DNA of 64,000 nucleotides from Antedon mediterranea (GCF_964355755.1 NC_092680.1:13835045-13899044), one strand, 5' to 3'. Positions 21,857 through 35,958 are shown, counted from the first letter of the stretch. Numbers and translations: made by a program. Notes: generated by a model not told the origin, from the letters alone.

Positions 21857-21929
21857 GATCAGTTAGCTCAGTCGTCTGAGCGGCGTGTTAACAACACGTA
21901 TGTCGTGGGTTCAATTCCCACGCTCGTCG
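21857..21929 (+). pseudogene. tRNA-derived sequence (tRNA-Ile-like body, AAC in loop); SINE head or tRNA pseudogene
   Basis: A box TAGCTCAGTCG, anticodon-like arm CGTG-TTAACAA-CACG, B box GGTTCAATTCC; acceptor stem imperfect. Confidence 0.6.
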
Positions 21930-23629
21930 GTGGAATAGAGTTAAGGCTATGCGAGCCACTGTGTTTGGGGTTCACAGATCATACGTCCCCCTTTCCACCA
22001 CACATCATGAGGCGACAACATCAATGCATCTGGTTATGTGGTGGAAATGACCCCAAAAGGCTGTGGCAGGGCCTTAGTGCTGAGGCAGGGAGAGCACATT
22101 TACCATCTTTTTTTTTTTTTTTGGCTTTCGCAAACTGCTTTGGTGGTTTAAATTTTATGTTTAGCGCCCTCAATTTATTTTAATGTAAAAAAAGGGGAAT
22201 TAATTCTCTTCGTTATGTGTTTAGAAGAGAATTAATTTTATCTCATCGTAGTTTGGTATGCCGTGCGTTTGTTATGCAAATGAGTGTGCACATGTGCTGT
22301 GGGAAAGATGGTATTGTTAGTAATTCGCGATAAACACACAACACTGTTCAATTTTTATTTTGTTAATCTTTTAGGCCTACATTAGAATTGTAATTCTACC
22401 GTTACACATTATAGTGTACTTTTAAATATCCGTTTCATGCAAGATATTGTATTGTAGGCCTACAAATACATTGTGAATAAAAGTTTATGGCAGAATAAAT
22501 AAATAAATAAATATGTTTTAAGCAGATCTTCAAAATTGAAGCATATATGAAGTCGAGATTTTTTAAAACCCAACCTAAAATTCGCATCTGGATAGTTGAA
22601 ATTGAACATTATAATTATCAAAGGTGATATGATAAATCTAATTGTTTTCTAAATTATACAAATATTAAAATTAGTAAGTAGGCTTTTGTGTGCTAGCTCT
22701 GTTTGTATTTCATAATTTTGTTTTGTTGAATTACCGTCACGGCCGCGTGCATTGCATGTCTCACACTTGGGAAACAATCACCATTGTATGGCTGGTCCTG
22801 AAGACTTTTATATTTCGTTTCATAATTTCCGGGGACTAGCTTTCATTCTTAGCTCTGCCCCAACCATGGTGAGCTTAACTGGAGATTTAATATTTAATTT
22901 CATATTTCAATAAATATTTTTTTCAAAATTGTCTTTGCTCAGCCCCAATCATGGTGGGGTAGTGAAGACTCTTATATATAATGTTTCAAAATACTGTAGT
23001 ATAGGTGTCATTTCTGAGGACCTTGTAGTTATTTTAAACAGTTTGGTATGCCTTCGTTGTTATGCAAATGAGTTTTTGCAGGTGTAATGGAGAAGATGGT
23101 ATTGTTAGTCCTACGCGGCGGTGAACACGCCACAAAATTAAATTTAAAAGTTTAGAAATTCAAATCATGTAAAGATACAATTTTCCGGGCGGGAATCTAG
23201 AAACTCCCTTCATTTAGTTTACCAAAGTAATCTTGAAAAGAACCCCATGTGGAAAAGAAGCTTATCCCTTGAAAAGAAGCCACCGTACCTAAGAGTACTA
23301 AAAGATGAGGAATATTCGAGGTGTTATGGTGTCCATTTAATGAAAAAAATTAATGCCATACACTTTTGTTTATGATTTAAGGTCCACTTGCCTAGGCCTG
23401 ACATTTTTAAACCTCCAAATATCTCTCTTTCCAAAAAAAAACCAATATTCATTAAAAAAAAATATCTGTAGAGGTTCGGACCCCAGCTAATACCACTCAA
23501 AACTGAGCATTACCCATTGTACCACAAACTGAAACATGACTGAACAGCTGATAATTGTCTATTTATACGTGTATTACGTAATTCATCATTACATCATAAA
23601 TATCCTATTAACCTTGATAAAACCAAAAT

Positions 23630-23702
23630 GATCAGTTCGCTCAGTCGCCTGAGCGTCGTGTTGACAACATGTATTTCGTGGGTTCGATTCCCACGGTGGG
23701 CG
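23630..23702 (+). pseudogene. Second tRNA-derived copy
   Basis: GATCAGTTCGCTCAGTCG...GGGTTCGATTCCCAC; paralog of 21857-21929. Confidence 0.55.
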
Positions 23703-24279
23703 ATGGAATAGAGTTAAAGGTATGCGACCACTGTGTTTGGGGTTCATAGAATTATACGTCCCCCTTTCCACCACACATCTTGAGAAGGCCTAGCAATGCA
23801 TCTGGTAATGATGTGGTGGAAACGAACCCAAGGCTGCTGCAGGGCCTTAGTGCTGAGGCAAGGAGAGCACAATTTTTACTCTTTTTTTTTTTGGCTTTCG
23901 CTACATGTATTTGATCTCGTAAATTTTATGTTTAGCGGCCTCAATTTTGTAAAAAAAGAATTAATTATCTTCTTATCTTCGTTACGCGTTACGTGTTGAG
24001 AAGAGAATGTATCTCTCATCATAGTTTGGTATGCCGTGCCGTTCGTTGTTATACAAATGAGTTTGTGCAGGTGTAGTGGGAAAGATGGTATTGTTAGTCA
24101 TATATATATATATATATATGGCTCTGTAATAGATCAGAGCAAAGAACTTAAGAATATACAACAAATAACATTAATGTACGATCCAGTTTAACACTGTTCT
24201 CAACTATAGTCATTTTGGTATACTTGAGCACAGTGATAACGAATAGAATAAACTTAACAATATAAATATAGGCCTATAT

Positions 24280-24570
24280 TGATATAATTGACTTCGAAAA
24301 GTTAAATAACACTGATTTGTAAATGAATATGATGTGGACAAGTACATTTATTGATGAGTATATTGATAAATCGACTTTAAAAGTGAAATAACACTAACAT
24401 TTGTAGATGAATATAACGTGGACACATGTTGATGAGTATTTTGATATAAATCGACTTTTAAAAGTGAAATAACACTATTGATTGTAGATGAATAAGGCGT
24501 GAATTGCACGTACATGTTGATGAGTATATTAATATAAATCGACTTTTAAAAGTGAAATAAAACTATCTTG
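24280..24570. repeat. ~80-90-bp tandem repeat
   Basis: TTGATGAGTAT.TT.ATATAAATCGACTTT.AAAAGTGAAATAA.ACT recurs three to four times; a further partial unit occurs near 26230. Confidence 0.7.
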
Positions 24571-24584
24571 TCCAAACACCTTCA

Positions 24585-26043
24585 CTTAGGGACATATTGA
24601 GGGATAGGCAAAGCAAAGGGGAAAAAGACTTGGTAATTAGAAGGGGGAAAATAACTCGGTTTCGTTCCCAAAGCACTACCCAATCGGAAGAGAACACTGC
24701 CTAACAATGTAAGTTCTACGCAGTCAGAAGATGTTAATGATTTTTTTAATGTGTTTCATACAAATTGTGATTCCCTTCTAAATAAGAAGAATGAGCTTCT
24801 GTTGCGTTTATCTTCAGAGAAAGTTGATATCATTGCTTTGACTGAGATTCTACCAAAGAAGTACTTTTTTGAATTGTCTATAGAAGAGTTTCATATCCCT
24901 GGTTTTCAGATGTTTTTGCCAAATGAAAAGCTTTCATCTGGTAGAGGAGTTGTTATTTATGTTCGAAATGGGATGTCTGCCACTCCTGTTTTGTTTAAAG
25001 ATAATTTGTTTGAGGAATCCATGTTTGTTGAGATTAGAGTCAAAGATCGCACCTTTTTAATTGGATGTGTGTATAGAAGTGACGCCGGATCTAGTGTCAA
25101 TAATTCTGCTTTGTGTTCTCTGTTTAGAAAAGTAGCATCCTTTTCTTGTTCTGATTTTATTATAGTTGGAGATTTCAATTATAGGAGTATTAATTGGGAG
25201 CTAGGATATGTGACTGGTGAAGATGGTAAAAACAGTCAAAAATGTTTCGACACCATTAATGACTTATTTTTAGCTCAGCATGTACGAGACCCAACCCGTT
25301 ACAGAATAGGAGAACAGGCCAATGTTCTGGACCTGGTACTTACATCTAATGAGGATTCTATTAGTGAGGTCCTTCAAGCTCCACCATTAGGTAAGAGTGA
25401 TCATATGGTACTTCGATTTAAAATTCCAGTTAATTTAATCAAAGATGAGGTGGTAGAGGTCAGAAATTATTTCCATGTTGATTATGATAAGTTTCGTGGT
25501 TTTCTTAATGGTGTCGATTGGGACACTGAGTTATTGGATAAGGACGGGTTACACTCGCACGGTTCTTTTGATGAGACTTATCTAGAGGTATGGAACAGTT
25601 TGTTCCAAAGTGTAAGAAACACTTGTCCGGAAATTTTAAGAGACCTTTGTGGTTTACTAAGGATTAAACAGAAGAATAAATGCTGGAAACAGTATATCAA
25701 AGTAAAACGTAAAGGGCATGACTGTGCTAGTGTCAAATGGAACACGTTTATTAGAGTAAGGAATGATACTGTCAATTTGATTAAGAGTTCTAAAAGCATC
25801 TTCGAAAATAAGATTGCAAATGAGGTTAAAGTCAATGAAAAGTCTTTTTGGCGCTATGTAAATTCTCAGTTAAACACCAGATCTGGTATTCCTACTCTTA
25901 GAAATTTTGAAGGTAAACTTGTTGTAGATAACCAAGATAAAGCCGAGTCTTTTAATTCTTTTTTTAGCAATGTCTTTTGTAAGGAGAACCAGGGAAGAGT
26001 TAACTCTTCCCTGGGAGAACCTATCCAATGTTCCGAATCTTGA
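24585..26043 (+). mobile_element. CR1-type LINE fragment: ORF1 tail and ORF2 endonuclease, truncated before RT
   Basis: ORF1-like RQSKGEKDLVIRRGKI; ORF2 HTNCDSL, IALTE, GRGVVIYV, GCVYR, GDFNY, PTR, LDLVLT, SDH, K.FWRY, KAESFN.FF. Confidence 0.88.
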
Positions 26044-28206
26044 TAAAAAGATTTAAACTTTGACCCCAGTTGGCTTGTGCTATTTAAATTAGTTGTTTTA
26101 AATTTTATTCATTGTACTTGATAATGACCCCATGATGGAGTCGAAACGTCGTTCTTTTTTAAGCGTTATTTTTATATTATGTATTAGATATAAATATAGT
26201 TGCAATAAATACTATCATTAAATCGTATACATGTTGATGAGTATTGTTAATTATAAATTGATGTCTAACTAACTAACTAATTAAAAACACATGAACAATA
26301 ATGATATGATAATAATTATGATTGCGCACCACTAAACATTAATTACCACATTATTTTAAAAGGTATAACCGAAATATTAAACATTGAATGTGGACCACAA
26401 TTAAAGCATAGGGTTTATACCTCCAGGAAGGTATAACAACCGTTCTTGATGATTCTAAGGTTATATGTAATGTGTATTTTTGGATTTCAAAAAAAATAAA
26501 TTCTTCAGAAACATAAGCAACATATACAATATAACGTTTTTATTTTTCTTCATTTTGTTTTTGCATTAGTAGCAGTTATGTTATGTCTGAAAGTACAATG
26601 TTAAACTAACATGAAACACTAACATGAAACACATTTTTAATCAATTTCATTTAAACTCTGTTTTTAATACTATACGTGATGAGAGATCATTTACCTCATG
26701 AAAACTATTTCCAGGGTTTGCTGTCACATCATGAATAATCATGTATGGATTCCGGACTTCTATAGTTTCTGCCTTAACCTACTAGGGAAAAAAGTGCCAA
26801 CTAGACTAGGTGCCATTTTATCATAAATTTTATGTGCGAGAGTACAATTTCAGACTATCTAGGGGTGTCATTTACCTAAAATCGCTTTGCCACAGGCCCC
26901 ATCTCCTTAAAAACCTTGACCCCCAGTTCAAAATATCGTTCCCGCGCCACTGCTCACAGTAAGAAATGTTAGCTTCAAATGGCGACCAAAATGGTTTATG
27001 TATTTATTGTCATAATTTATTATACTTATAACTTACTATTGCAATACTATTTTTTCATTCATTTTATTTCATTTCATTTATTTCAAATATCGTCATCGCA
27101 GCCAAATCTGAATTACAAGGATATATACATATTCTAAATATTATTATTCATTTACAAGCAAGATAAGGTATGTGACTGCACTTTTTCTATATCTTTCAGC
27201 TCTGCATTTAGGTTGTAGATACTTTACACGTCTTTATTCAGAAATAAATTAGATTATGCTTATTATTGCTTAAATACGGAGGTTCGGCAAGCATGATATA
27301 ACTTCTCAACGACCTGAAATATGGAATTCTCTACCAGAAGAACTCTTTATTAATTATACATCTTGTTTTAAATTTAAATTATATGAATACCTTGTTTCTA
27401 CTATTATTGTTTAAGTTAATATATCTGTTTTAAGTTAAATTATAACTGCATTTGTTAAGTTAAATGCCTTCTTTGTTCATTATCATATTGTTTTTTTACA
27501 TGTTTCTTACCTACCTTACTTAAATATGTTGCCTGGACCTCACATTTTAATGCTTAAGCTTGCAGTGGGTTACCCTTTTCTCATTTATTATCTATTATTT
27601 TAGAAAATGTTTTCTGTACTTTGTTTTATTTGAGAAATAAATTTATTATTGATATTATATACAGTATTATATTATGATTTATATCTACTATTAAAATGTA
27701 GACTTGGTTTTAAGTGTATCCCTGATCAGAAACAGAGTTTCATTGGGTGGTTAAAATCAGTACCAAAAATATGAACCAAACTTTATATACGATCAAGTCA
27801 AAATTCTAAAAGCAACGCATGATTTACCAAATTTTATCCTTACATAAATTTATATTAGATATTAAATAATTTCTAATACAGTATGTAGCGATATAACTTT
27901 TTTTTCTTTTTCAAAAACTTTTATTTTTTCATACAGTATATCTATCTTATCTAAATAAATCTATCTTATCTTATATAGATATAACTTCTATGTTTAGATA
28001 GAGTAGGCCTTCTACTATTTGTAAATTCTGCTGTTCATAAAGTATTAGTTTATTCTATCAACATTGTACTACTTTTACTATTTACATTGGCATATACTGG
28101 CCGTATCATTTGGCTTTTCCTTTCCTTTCATTTTTCTTAATTAGTCCTCCATCTGAATCTGAACTTAATTGCAATGAATATTAAATCAGCAGATGAATTA
28201 TTCCAA

Positions 28207-31200
28207 TTAGAAATCAACACAACGTCCTTTTCGCTCCCAGTCTCCATATCGAGTTGGTTCTGGACCTTTTGGTCCACCTCTTTCTCCGGTTATTGGATTC
28301 ACATCATTAGGAAAAGCCTCCAATGGTTCTTTTTCCATATTTGGATGTTTCTCTGACTTGTCCCATTTGCCAACTGGAGTATTTGGCTTTTTCAATGTCT
28401 TGCTAATATCATCAGAGGCCAGCCTGGTTGTGCTGAAATTATAACTTTTTCTGTTTTGACCTAAATGAAAAGAACGAAAGTTATATTGATAATTGTTGTA
28501 TGTTGAGCTTCAATGAAACTTGATCGGCCGGAGACAACACTACAATGTGTGTCTTTGCATCATTATCCAGCCTAATCCAAATTGTTTATGAAAGGGTGAA
28601 ACAAGTAAGTTTAGACCAACAATAAATACAACCAAAATATTTTACATGGGCAATATCAAGAAACATTTGGTCAACAGAATTCTTTTAGCCGATAGGACCT
28701 TTTGCTGACACGACATTTCGGCGACAAGACATTTCGCCGACAACTATTTCGCCGACAGACAATTGACCGACCCAGGAAATTTTACCGACAGACATTTTAC
28801 CAATCAATTTTGATTAGCATCTCTGCGGTTGCCCTAAACACACTAGCTCACTACGGGGAACCCCTGTAATTACTCCGCCATGGTCACACTATATACAACG
28901 CACTAGCTCAAGAAGTGGAAACCCCGACGTAGTCACTCCAATTTTTCCACGATTATTTATCATTATTAATTAAAATTTTTATTTTACAGATCTAGAAGAA
29001 AGATGTGTACCTTTAAAAATGACAATTTGTAACAATAAATATAGTTTAAGATTATACTATTCGGCATAATGTTATTTAACAGTACATAATGATTTAAATG
29101 TGAACTATTTTATAAGGAATGTAGGCTATGTCTGTGTCTTTTATATGCAATAAATTACATAAAAAAACAAATTATTATTATTATTATCGTCGGATGAGTC
29201 TACTAATTATTTATTCATAATCTCGAAACCGGTCATTCATAATGGTCAAGTTTGGTCTTATTTTGAAGAGAAGAAATAGGTTCTGCTGAAGACATATATA
29301 GTTTTTAGACTTGCCCCAAATCTGTATTGTTTTTTATTTTTTATTTATTTGTTTTTATTTCGACCGCGATTTTTGTCTGAAAATACAGACTTGTGAAACA
29401 CGTATAGAAATCGATTTGCAGACCGCAAACATCCAATAAGAATGACGTAGGTTATCATACCGTATTTGGCTATATGGGGCGGGCGGTATGTAAATATGGA
29501 TTTCGAATCAACCAATGATCATTTTGTTTCAAAATGAAAAAGATCGAGTACGTGTACGATCGAGACTGTTGAAATATGAAATCGTGTTGCCAAGTTGTTT
29601 TGTTTATTAATTGTTTAGTCCTTAGCCTAGGCCTCCTTTGTAGGTCCTACTCAACTCGCACGTATGACCTGCCAAATAAAACGCAAATAAGGTCGGCCTA
29701 CATACCACCACTGGCACACAACAGGATTCACACACAAAGACAGGGCTACACCACTACACAGGACAGGGTCTGGGTGGGAATTAAATCAAATTATTTCCGC
29801 GTAATATTAAATGATCCATTCAATGTTTGATTTGCGGAGAAGCAAGACGAGTTTTCTTGGGAAAAATCCCATCAAATGTTTACCAGACTACTACTAGGTA
29901 AAAAAATCCTTTCTAGCCTTCAGAAACTTTCATATGTACCCAAGTACACATTGTCTAAACGTAACATAGCGCATGCGTACCATCTTAGTTGTTGAGTCTT
30001 TGAAATTCTGAAATATGAATATTAAAACAGAGTAGCCAATCGCATGCAGCTGAAACTAGTCAACCGGATAATCTATGCACCAAGAATTCTTGGTGTCAAA
30101 CCACGTGACTTTTGCGTGTTTCCCCAGACAGAGTATCCAAACTCAAGTAATACACGTATGAAACGCCATATGTTCAAAAATATTTATATTTTTACTAATA
30201 TTAAGAAAAAACTCCGTCTGGAGCCCAGACTAATATAGTTTTATTCATGAATTATTTAGCAATTTCATGCATTTGGTAGTCAAAGATAAATTAAAAAAGT
30301 TTCCTAAAATATTTATAAAATTTGCATAATCCATATTCCGCCAATATAAGTTGTAACACAAATTTGAAAACATATTTGAAAAGAAATGTCCTTAGTATTA
30401 TTCAAATTTTTTGAATTTCTGTCTAATTAATTATGTGACATGCTTTTAGAAAAATAAACTTAGGGGTCTGTCACGACAAATATGGTCCGGGGCCAAAATC
30501 GGTCCGGCCGGACCAGTTTTGGCTCTAAAGTTGTGGCCAAAAGCAGTCCGCCACTGCCAAAATCGGTCCGGGTTTTTTTTCTGTCGATTTTAATTGAATT
30601 ACTAGGCCTATGATGCTGTTTTAAGTTGTTTATGGCTAGAAAAATATCCCATGATATATATAAGTAAGTTATCTTGTCGGATAAATACTATAAATAAATG
30701 TATTTTATCTAAAAACATGACTTAGGTGTTCACTAATATTTCAGCCTGCCACACACTCACATGAACGGGTATGAGACGCTGATATTGCCAGCCAGATTTT
30801 ATTTTATGATTGAGGCCTTTTTCCTTCCTCAGTCTAATCAATATTGGATAATTGTTTTATAATGATTGTACTGAATTGATATTGATTGATTAACCATAAA
30901 TTAGTAATAAATTAAATTGTTTTTAACATCATAGGGAAACGAAGATGTTAAAAAAACAAAAGAACAAAATGGATTAAAAACAGGCAGAGAATTAATTGTA
31001 CACAAAAAACCTAAAAATTAGTACTAATTATTGATGAGTGGTAATAGTAATAATGATGATAAAAAAAACAGGCTTAATTTATAATATTAAAATAACAAAT
31101 AAAACCCTGTAGTTTTCAATATAATGACTAATCATGGCCTTTTTAAATGATATATACATTATGACTCATTTTGCGCACCATATATTTGCAAGATCGGACC

Positions 31201-34200
31201 ATATTTGGCGGCCAAAAACAGTCCTTAAAGGTCACATCATTATGAAAGAATGTCTCCTCAATGATTGCATCGGACCTGTTTTTCACAGTATTTTATTTAT
31301 GTACCATAAAAAATTGGCTACGCTGAATCTGATTAAAACGGCCTCAAAATTACACTAGAACGCGTTGCTTCCGGGGACTTCATCCCATGGTCCCTTGGTG
31401 GCCCCTGTGGAGCCGTGAAATGTGCAAAAAGTCACATTTGTGCAAACAACCACATTTGTGCAAACATTTTACCTTCAAATGTGCAAATCTGTTAAAATTC
31501 ATAACCCGCAAATGTGCAAACATCACGCCGTTAAATGTAAAAACGATCAGTTTTGACGTTAAATGTGCAAAAGGTATTCTACAAATGTGCAAAGCATTCT
31601 TCAACCAAGCTCCTATTCCATTTTATATTTTTGGTTCGTAGGTCTTTCAGAGTAGAAATAACAATAGGAAAAAGAGTATAAGAAAATGTTCAATATCATA
31701 ACTAATTATACTGTTGTATTTTATTATAATCAAAGGCTCCAAATCGCCTCGGCTAAATTCAAGTCGGCCCCAAGTCAACTCGCCCTGAAGTCAACTCGGC
31801 CTCAAGTCAACTCGGCCAAAAACTAATCGGTCAACTAACATTCATATTCATTCTAATATTCATCCCTATAACATGCGCACTTCGTTTTTATTATTTTTCT
31901 TCTGTTCAGTAGACTTATTTTGTCCCATTCATTTGCACTTTTTGCGTTTCATACTTTAAAGTGGCCTAGTTGACGTGAGGCCGAGTTGACTTCAGGGCGA
32001 GTTGACTTGTGGGCGAGTTGACTTGGGGTCGACTTGAATTTGACTTAGACGGGTTAAAGCCTTTGATCATAATTAAATACAACAGTATAATTAGCCTAGT
32101 TATTATGATATTGAGCATTTTAAATTTATTAGACTCTTTTACCTATTGTTATTTCTACTCTGAAAGACCTACGAACCAAAAATATAAAATGTAATAGGAA
32201 TTTGACTGAATAAATGATTTGTACATTTGTAGAATACCTTTTGCACATTTAACGTCAAAACGGATCGTTTTTACATTTAACGTCGTGATGTTTGCACATT
32301 TGCAGGTTATACATTTTTACAGATTTGCACATTTGAAGGTAAAATGTTTGCACAAATGTGGTTGTTTGCACATTTGAAGGTAAAATGTTTGCACAAATGT
32401 GGTTGTTTGCACAAATGTGACTTTTTGCACATTTCACGGCTCCACAGCCCCCCTCAGCCTAATGATGCTCGCATAGCCAATAAAATAATGTGCCACATTT
32501 CATTCCTAGTGCTAAGTGCTTTAGTGTCAACAAGCTTTTCTTGCGTGAATTTTAAAGACCCCTTTCCCTGCAATTTTGGACGTTTTTTGGAAAATAATAT
32601 ATATACAGTATATCACTTTAAAAACATTAAACCATGTCATTCCTTGTCTTAAATGTACGTTTTATGGTAAATTATGATAAAAAGTGAGAAACAATGCACT
32701 ACCTAAGTAGCTCGCGGCGATCGACCTCTCGTGGACGGTCTTAGGCCTAGCCTAGCTAGGCTTAGTTTTGTAGGCCTAGCTGGTAAACATCGATAACGTA
32801 CGAACATCGTACGCTAGCTATATACCTAGCCTGACGTTGTATAGTTGCTGCATTAATTGTCTTTCTATTTTTGCCAAACTCCGTTGATACAAATTGGGGA
32901 AAACCCGGTATTTTCGCTGAAAAGTTAGGAGTCTTCCATTTGTTTTGGCTTCACGATCGATCGAAAAGTGGGCGAATTACAGGTGAAAAACAAAAATATC
33001 AATCCGCGCGCAATGCATTTTGGGATTTATAGCGGGCCGCTATAATTATTAGAATCGATTTATTTTTCACATTTTTAACCATTTAAAGACGAAAAAAGTT
33101 ATCCCAATAGGACCATATAGTATTATTTTTACATTAAATATAGTTTGTGATCTTAAATTAGATCTAAAAAACGTAGGGAATGGGGCTTTAATTAAAAAAG
33201 TTAATTAGATTTTTCTGATTTTATCGTAATTTTCCCCTAATTTAATTAACGCCGTGGTTAGGATTCCGGCACCGGAACTCAACTGCTCACCGGTAGGGAA
33301 TCCGACACGCTATTGCGCATGCCCAGAGCTCTGGGAAGTGAATTAGCTTGCACTAATAATACAGTAGTGCCACACACCACACACCACCACCGAGAGTCGG
33401 AGTGTTATAATAGGGATTTACTGTAGCCTCGATAGTCGTTGCGCGAGCGAGAGATGGATGAAACTTGGCCTATGCCATGCATGAATTAATAATTAGAATA
33501 CGACTACGCCACGCGTTAAAATAATTATAATGATATTAATAAGAATCAGTATCTATCTAAGAATCGTAATGCTGTTTTTAGCGTTGCGACCCCGAATTTC
33601 CGAACAGTTTTTTCACATCCACGCGGTGGCTGCCGTCAACAAATCAACTTATGATTGCATGTTTATGTACAGTATAATGCGTTATGAAAAATCAAAAAAA
33701 CTAGTCATGTAATTACTGTATATAGTTTATATATGAATGAAGCAACAACTTTTTAATTACAAAATAAATAGGCCCACTGATCACGTCTAACTGGTAGCCC
33801 TAGCCTAGATTATTGGATCCCGTATTAGTATGCATGTAGGCTAGTTCGCCGTGTGGCAGTGGCGTAACAGGCGGGGGGGGGGCAGGGGGGCGGAATACCC
33901 CCCTGGCGGATTTTACCGGGTTGAGAAGCGTTCGATCGGGCTGGGTAACAAGTAAAAAAAATAAAATAAAATACAAAGAAGGGATAGAAGAAAGAAAATA
34001 TAAGATAAGAATAAAATATACGATATATGATATGGCTTCAAATGAGTCACAGTACAGTATGATATCATATGATATTCAAGTAAGATGACGCACTGCTTAT
34101 CAGTACATTAACAAGCGGTCAGTTGACTGTGGTTTTTGGCGTCTTTTATCTAAGCCGCCATCGCGGGCATCTCATACACAATTGTGACGCTGTGCTGTGC

Positions 34201-35958
34201 GTCCGTGTGAGGCCACCTTAAAAAAATACACTCCTACTAATCGTATGTAACGCGCTAGCGATCAGCAAAATGAACGTACTTTCGTGGTTGGCTGTCACTC
34301 CAATACTCAATCTTTCACAGGCATACTAACACAACACTACGATTGTTTACTACAGGTCTAGTCAAGCCTTAATAAATTTAATTAATATAAATCGACATAA
34401 GAATATAAAGTATATTTTAACTAAAATATAAAAACCTAACACTACATTTACAAGATAAATTCTATTTGATAACTGCTGAACATCGTGGCACAGAGCATAG
34501 TTGTTTGCTTGACATAAAAGGGTATTCCCCTACACAGGTCTCTGCGTGCGTGTGACGTGCCCAGCCAGCTGCTTGATAGTATAGAGAGAAAGCATGCAGC
34601 TCACGCAAGTGCAAGATGCAATGGTTGAGTGAATTCAGGGATCACCTTAATTCCATGGTTTGTTACCTAAACACCACATGATGGTGAATATGCCTGTTAA
34701 AGTCTCAATGATACGATCCCTTAATGTACCATGTTGTTGTTAGGAGGCTTAAAGGGAGGAGGGATCTAGCCTAGTTTCGGTCGGCAAGAGAATGCCTTCC
34801 TCTGACAATTTAAGGTCGGCAATAAGGTCGGCAATTGAAATTCGTGGGCTGGAAATTTCACCAAATTATATAGTTCATAAACAAAAGAGTTTAGCCGGAA
34901 ATGCGATTTGCGGCCATACATAGGCCTATAGAGAAAAAATTCGAGGGTATGTTTCCACTAAACAATTTAACGATCCACCCCGCCGTCAAACCTGGTTACG
35001 GCCCTGTTTCAGTCTTCTAACCGGAAAAATTACTACCTTTGCCAGGTGCGGATCCAATGTTAGATTGGGTTTTCACATGTTCAAATGTTATGTCACCTGA
35101 GTTTTTAACGGTGGAAAATGTACGATCATTTTGCTGATTGCTGTGCAATAAATGGGAGTGTTATTTCCAGGCCAACTACTACTAGTTAGGCGCCATTTAT
35201 CATGAATTTTATGTGCGAGAGTACCATTTCCGACGATCTAGGGGTGTCATTTACCAAAATTCGCTTCGCCACAGCCCCCACCATGGGGGAGCTGTGGCTC
35301 AAGTACTTGGTGTCTGGAAAGATTTTCCCCTCTTTGCCCCCCCTGACAAGACCCCCTTGTTACGCGGCTGCCGTGTGGGCGCCATGATCCATCGCGCGCT
35401 GTTATTAGAGGAGAGTCGCCGATTACCTCGCTCTGGGCATGCGCAATAGCGTGTCGGATTCCCTAACGCTGGGCAGTTGAGTTCCGGTGCCGGAATCCTA
35501 ACCACGGCGTTTAACTAAACACTACTGGTGTTAAGAATTTCTTACCCGATCGTCTTTCACCCTTGATGGACACGATCGTCTCACGATTTGGGCCCGATCG
35601 TCTCACGATTTGGGCCCGATCGTCTCACGATTTGGGCCCGATCGTCTTGAAGTGGTCACGATCGTCTGATAACCCACTTGTCACTACTCACTACATATTG
35701 GCCTAGCTAGCTAGTACGTAGGCGCGGCGCGCCGCGCCTAGAACTAGCCTAGGGCCTAACTAGGCTACATCACGCCCCAATACAATTGATTGACAATTCT
35801 TAACATAGGCTTAGGCCTAGCGTAATATTAAAACATTATTGAATAGGCCTAGCTGTTTTTATATCATAATATTATGTTGTTAAGCCTTATTTACCACAAT
35901 AATAGAGTAAACCTTTCGTCTTTAGGCCTTTTGATAAACGTTGTATGGAGGCTGCCAT
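28207..35958 (-). CDS. SDHAF4: Succinate dehydrogenase assembly factor 4, join(35958..35895,28460..28207), 105 aa
   Basis: C-terminal [30 protein letters not shown] signature; exon 1 AAAATGGCA...TG/GTAAAT (64 nt, phase 1) matches acceptor TTTAG/GT, giving a basic mitochondrial presequence. Confidence 0.9.
31406..32446. mobile_element. Non-autonomous foldback element with TGT...ACA ends (Ginger-like), 5-bp TSD GCCCC
   Basis: TGTGGAGCCGTGAAATGTGCAAAAAG...CTTTTTGCACATTTCACGGCTCCACA; arms of ~400 bp; GCCCC at 31401-31405 and 32447-32451. Confidence 0.75.
32556..33187. mobile_element. TTAA-flanked MITE (Kolobok/piggyBac-like)
   Basis: TTAA|AGACCCCTTTCCCTGC ... GTAGGGAATGGGGCT|TTAA; imperfect short TIRs. 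Confidence 0.5.
33249..35510. mobile_element. MITE with ~80-bp TIRs and TTA TSD (PIF/Harbinger-like), interrupted by a hAT element
   Basis: ACGCCGTGGTTAGGATTCCGGCACCGGAACTCAACTG...GCCCAGAGC is inverted at ~35430-35510; TTA on both flanks. Confidence 0.75.
33857..35370. mobile_element. Non-autonomous hAT-type element, 8-bp TSD CCGTGTGG
   Basis: CAGTGGCGTAACAGG ... CCTTGTTACGCGGCTG; CCGTGTGG at 33849-33856 and 35371-35378. Confidence 0.8.
35573..35647. repeat. 22-bp minisatellite CGATCGTCTCACGATTTGGGCC x3.4 (MITE subterminal repeats)
   Basis: Three exact units plus a partial unit. Confidence 0.85.

Larger units (their letters stand above)
20110..24100. repeat. Composite ~1-kb repeat array containing tRNA-derived segments in both orientations
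   Basis: AGTTTGGTATGCC...GATGGTATTGTTAGT at ~20312, ~22250, ~23040 and ~24023; blocks 20312-20830/23040-23585 and 21790-22320/23560-24100 are similar. Confidence 0.75.

Noticed and set aside
21857-21929. Functional tRNA gene
   Set aside because: Mismatched acceptor stem, no D-loop GG, Ile-like body with AAC loop, and no immediate T-run terminator; treated as SINE head or pseudogene.
26117-26152. Hammerhead-like/Penelope motif TTGATAATGAC...GTCGAAAC (similar at ~29191-29234)
   Set aside because: The core deviates from CUGANGA and I could not build stems I and III; at most a decayed relic.
29827-29985. Candidate SDHAF4 first exon
   Set aside because: The local ATGs give only short peptides with weak donors or the wrong phase; 35958-35895 has a better start context, donor and presequence.
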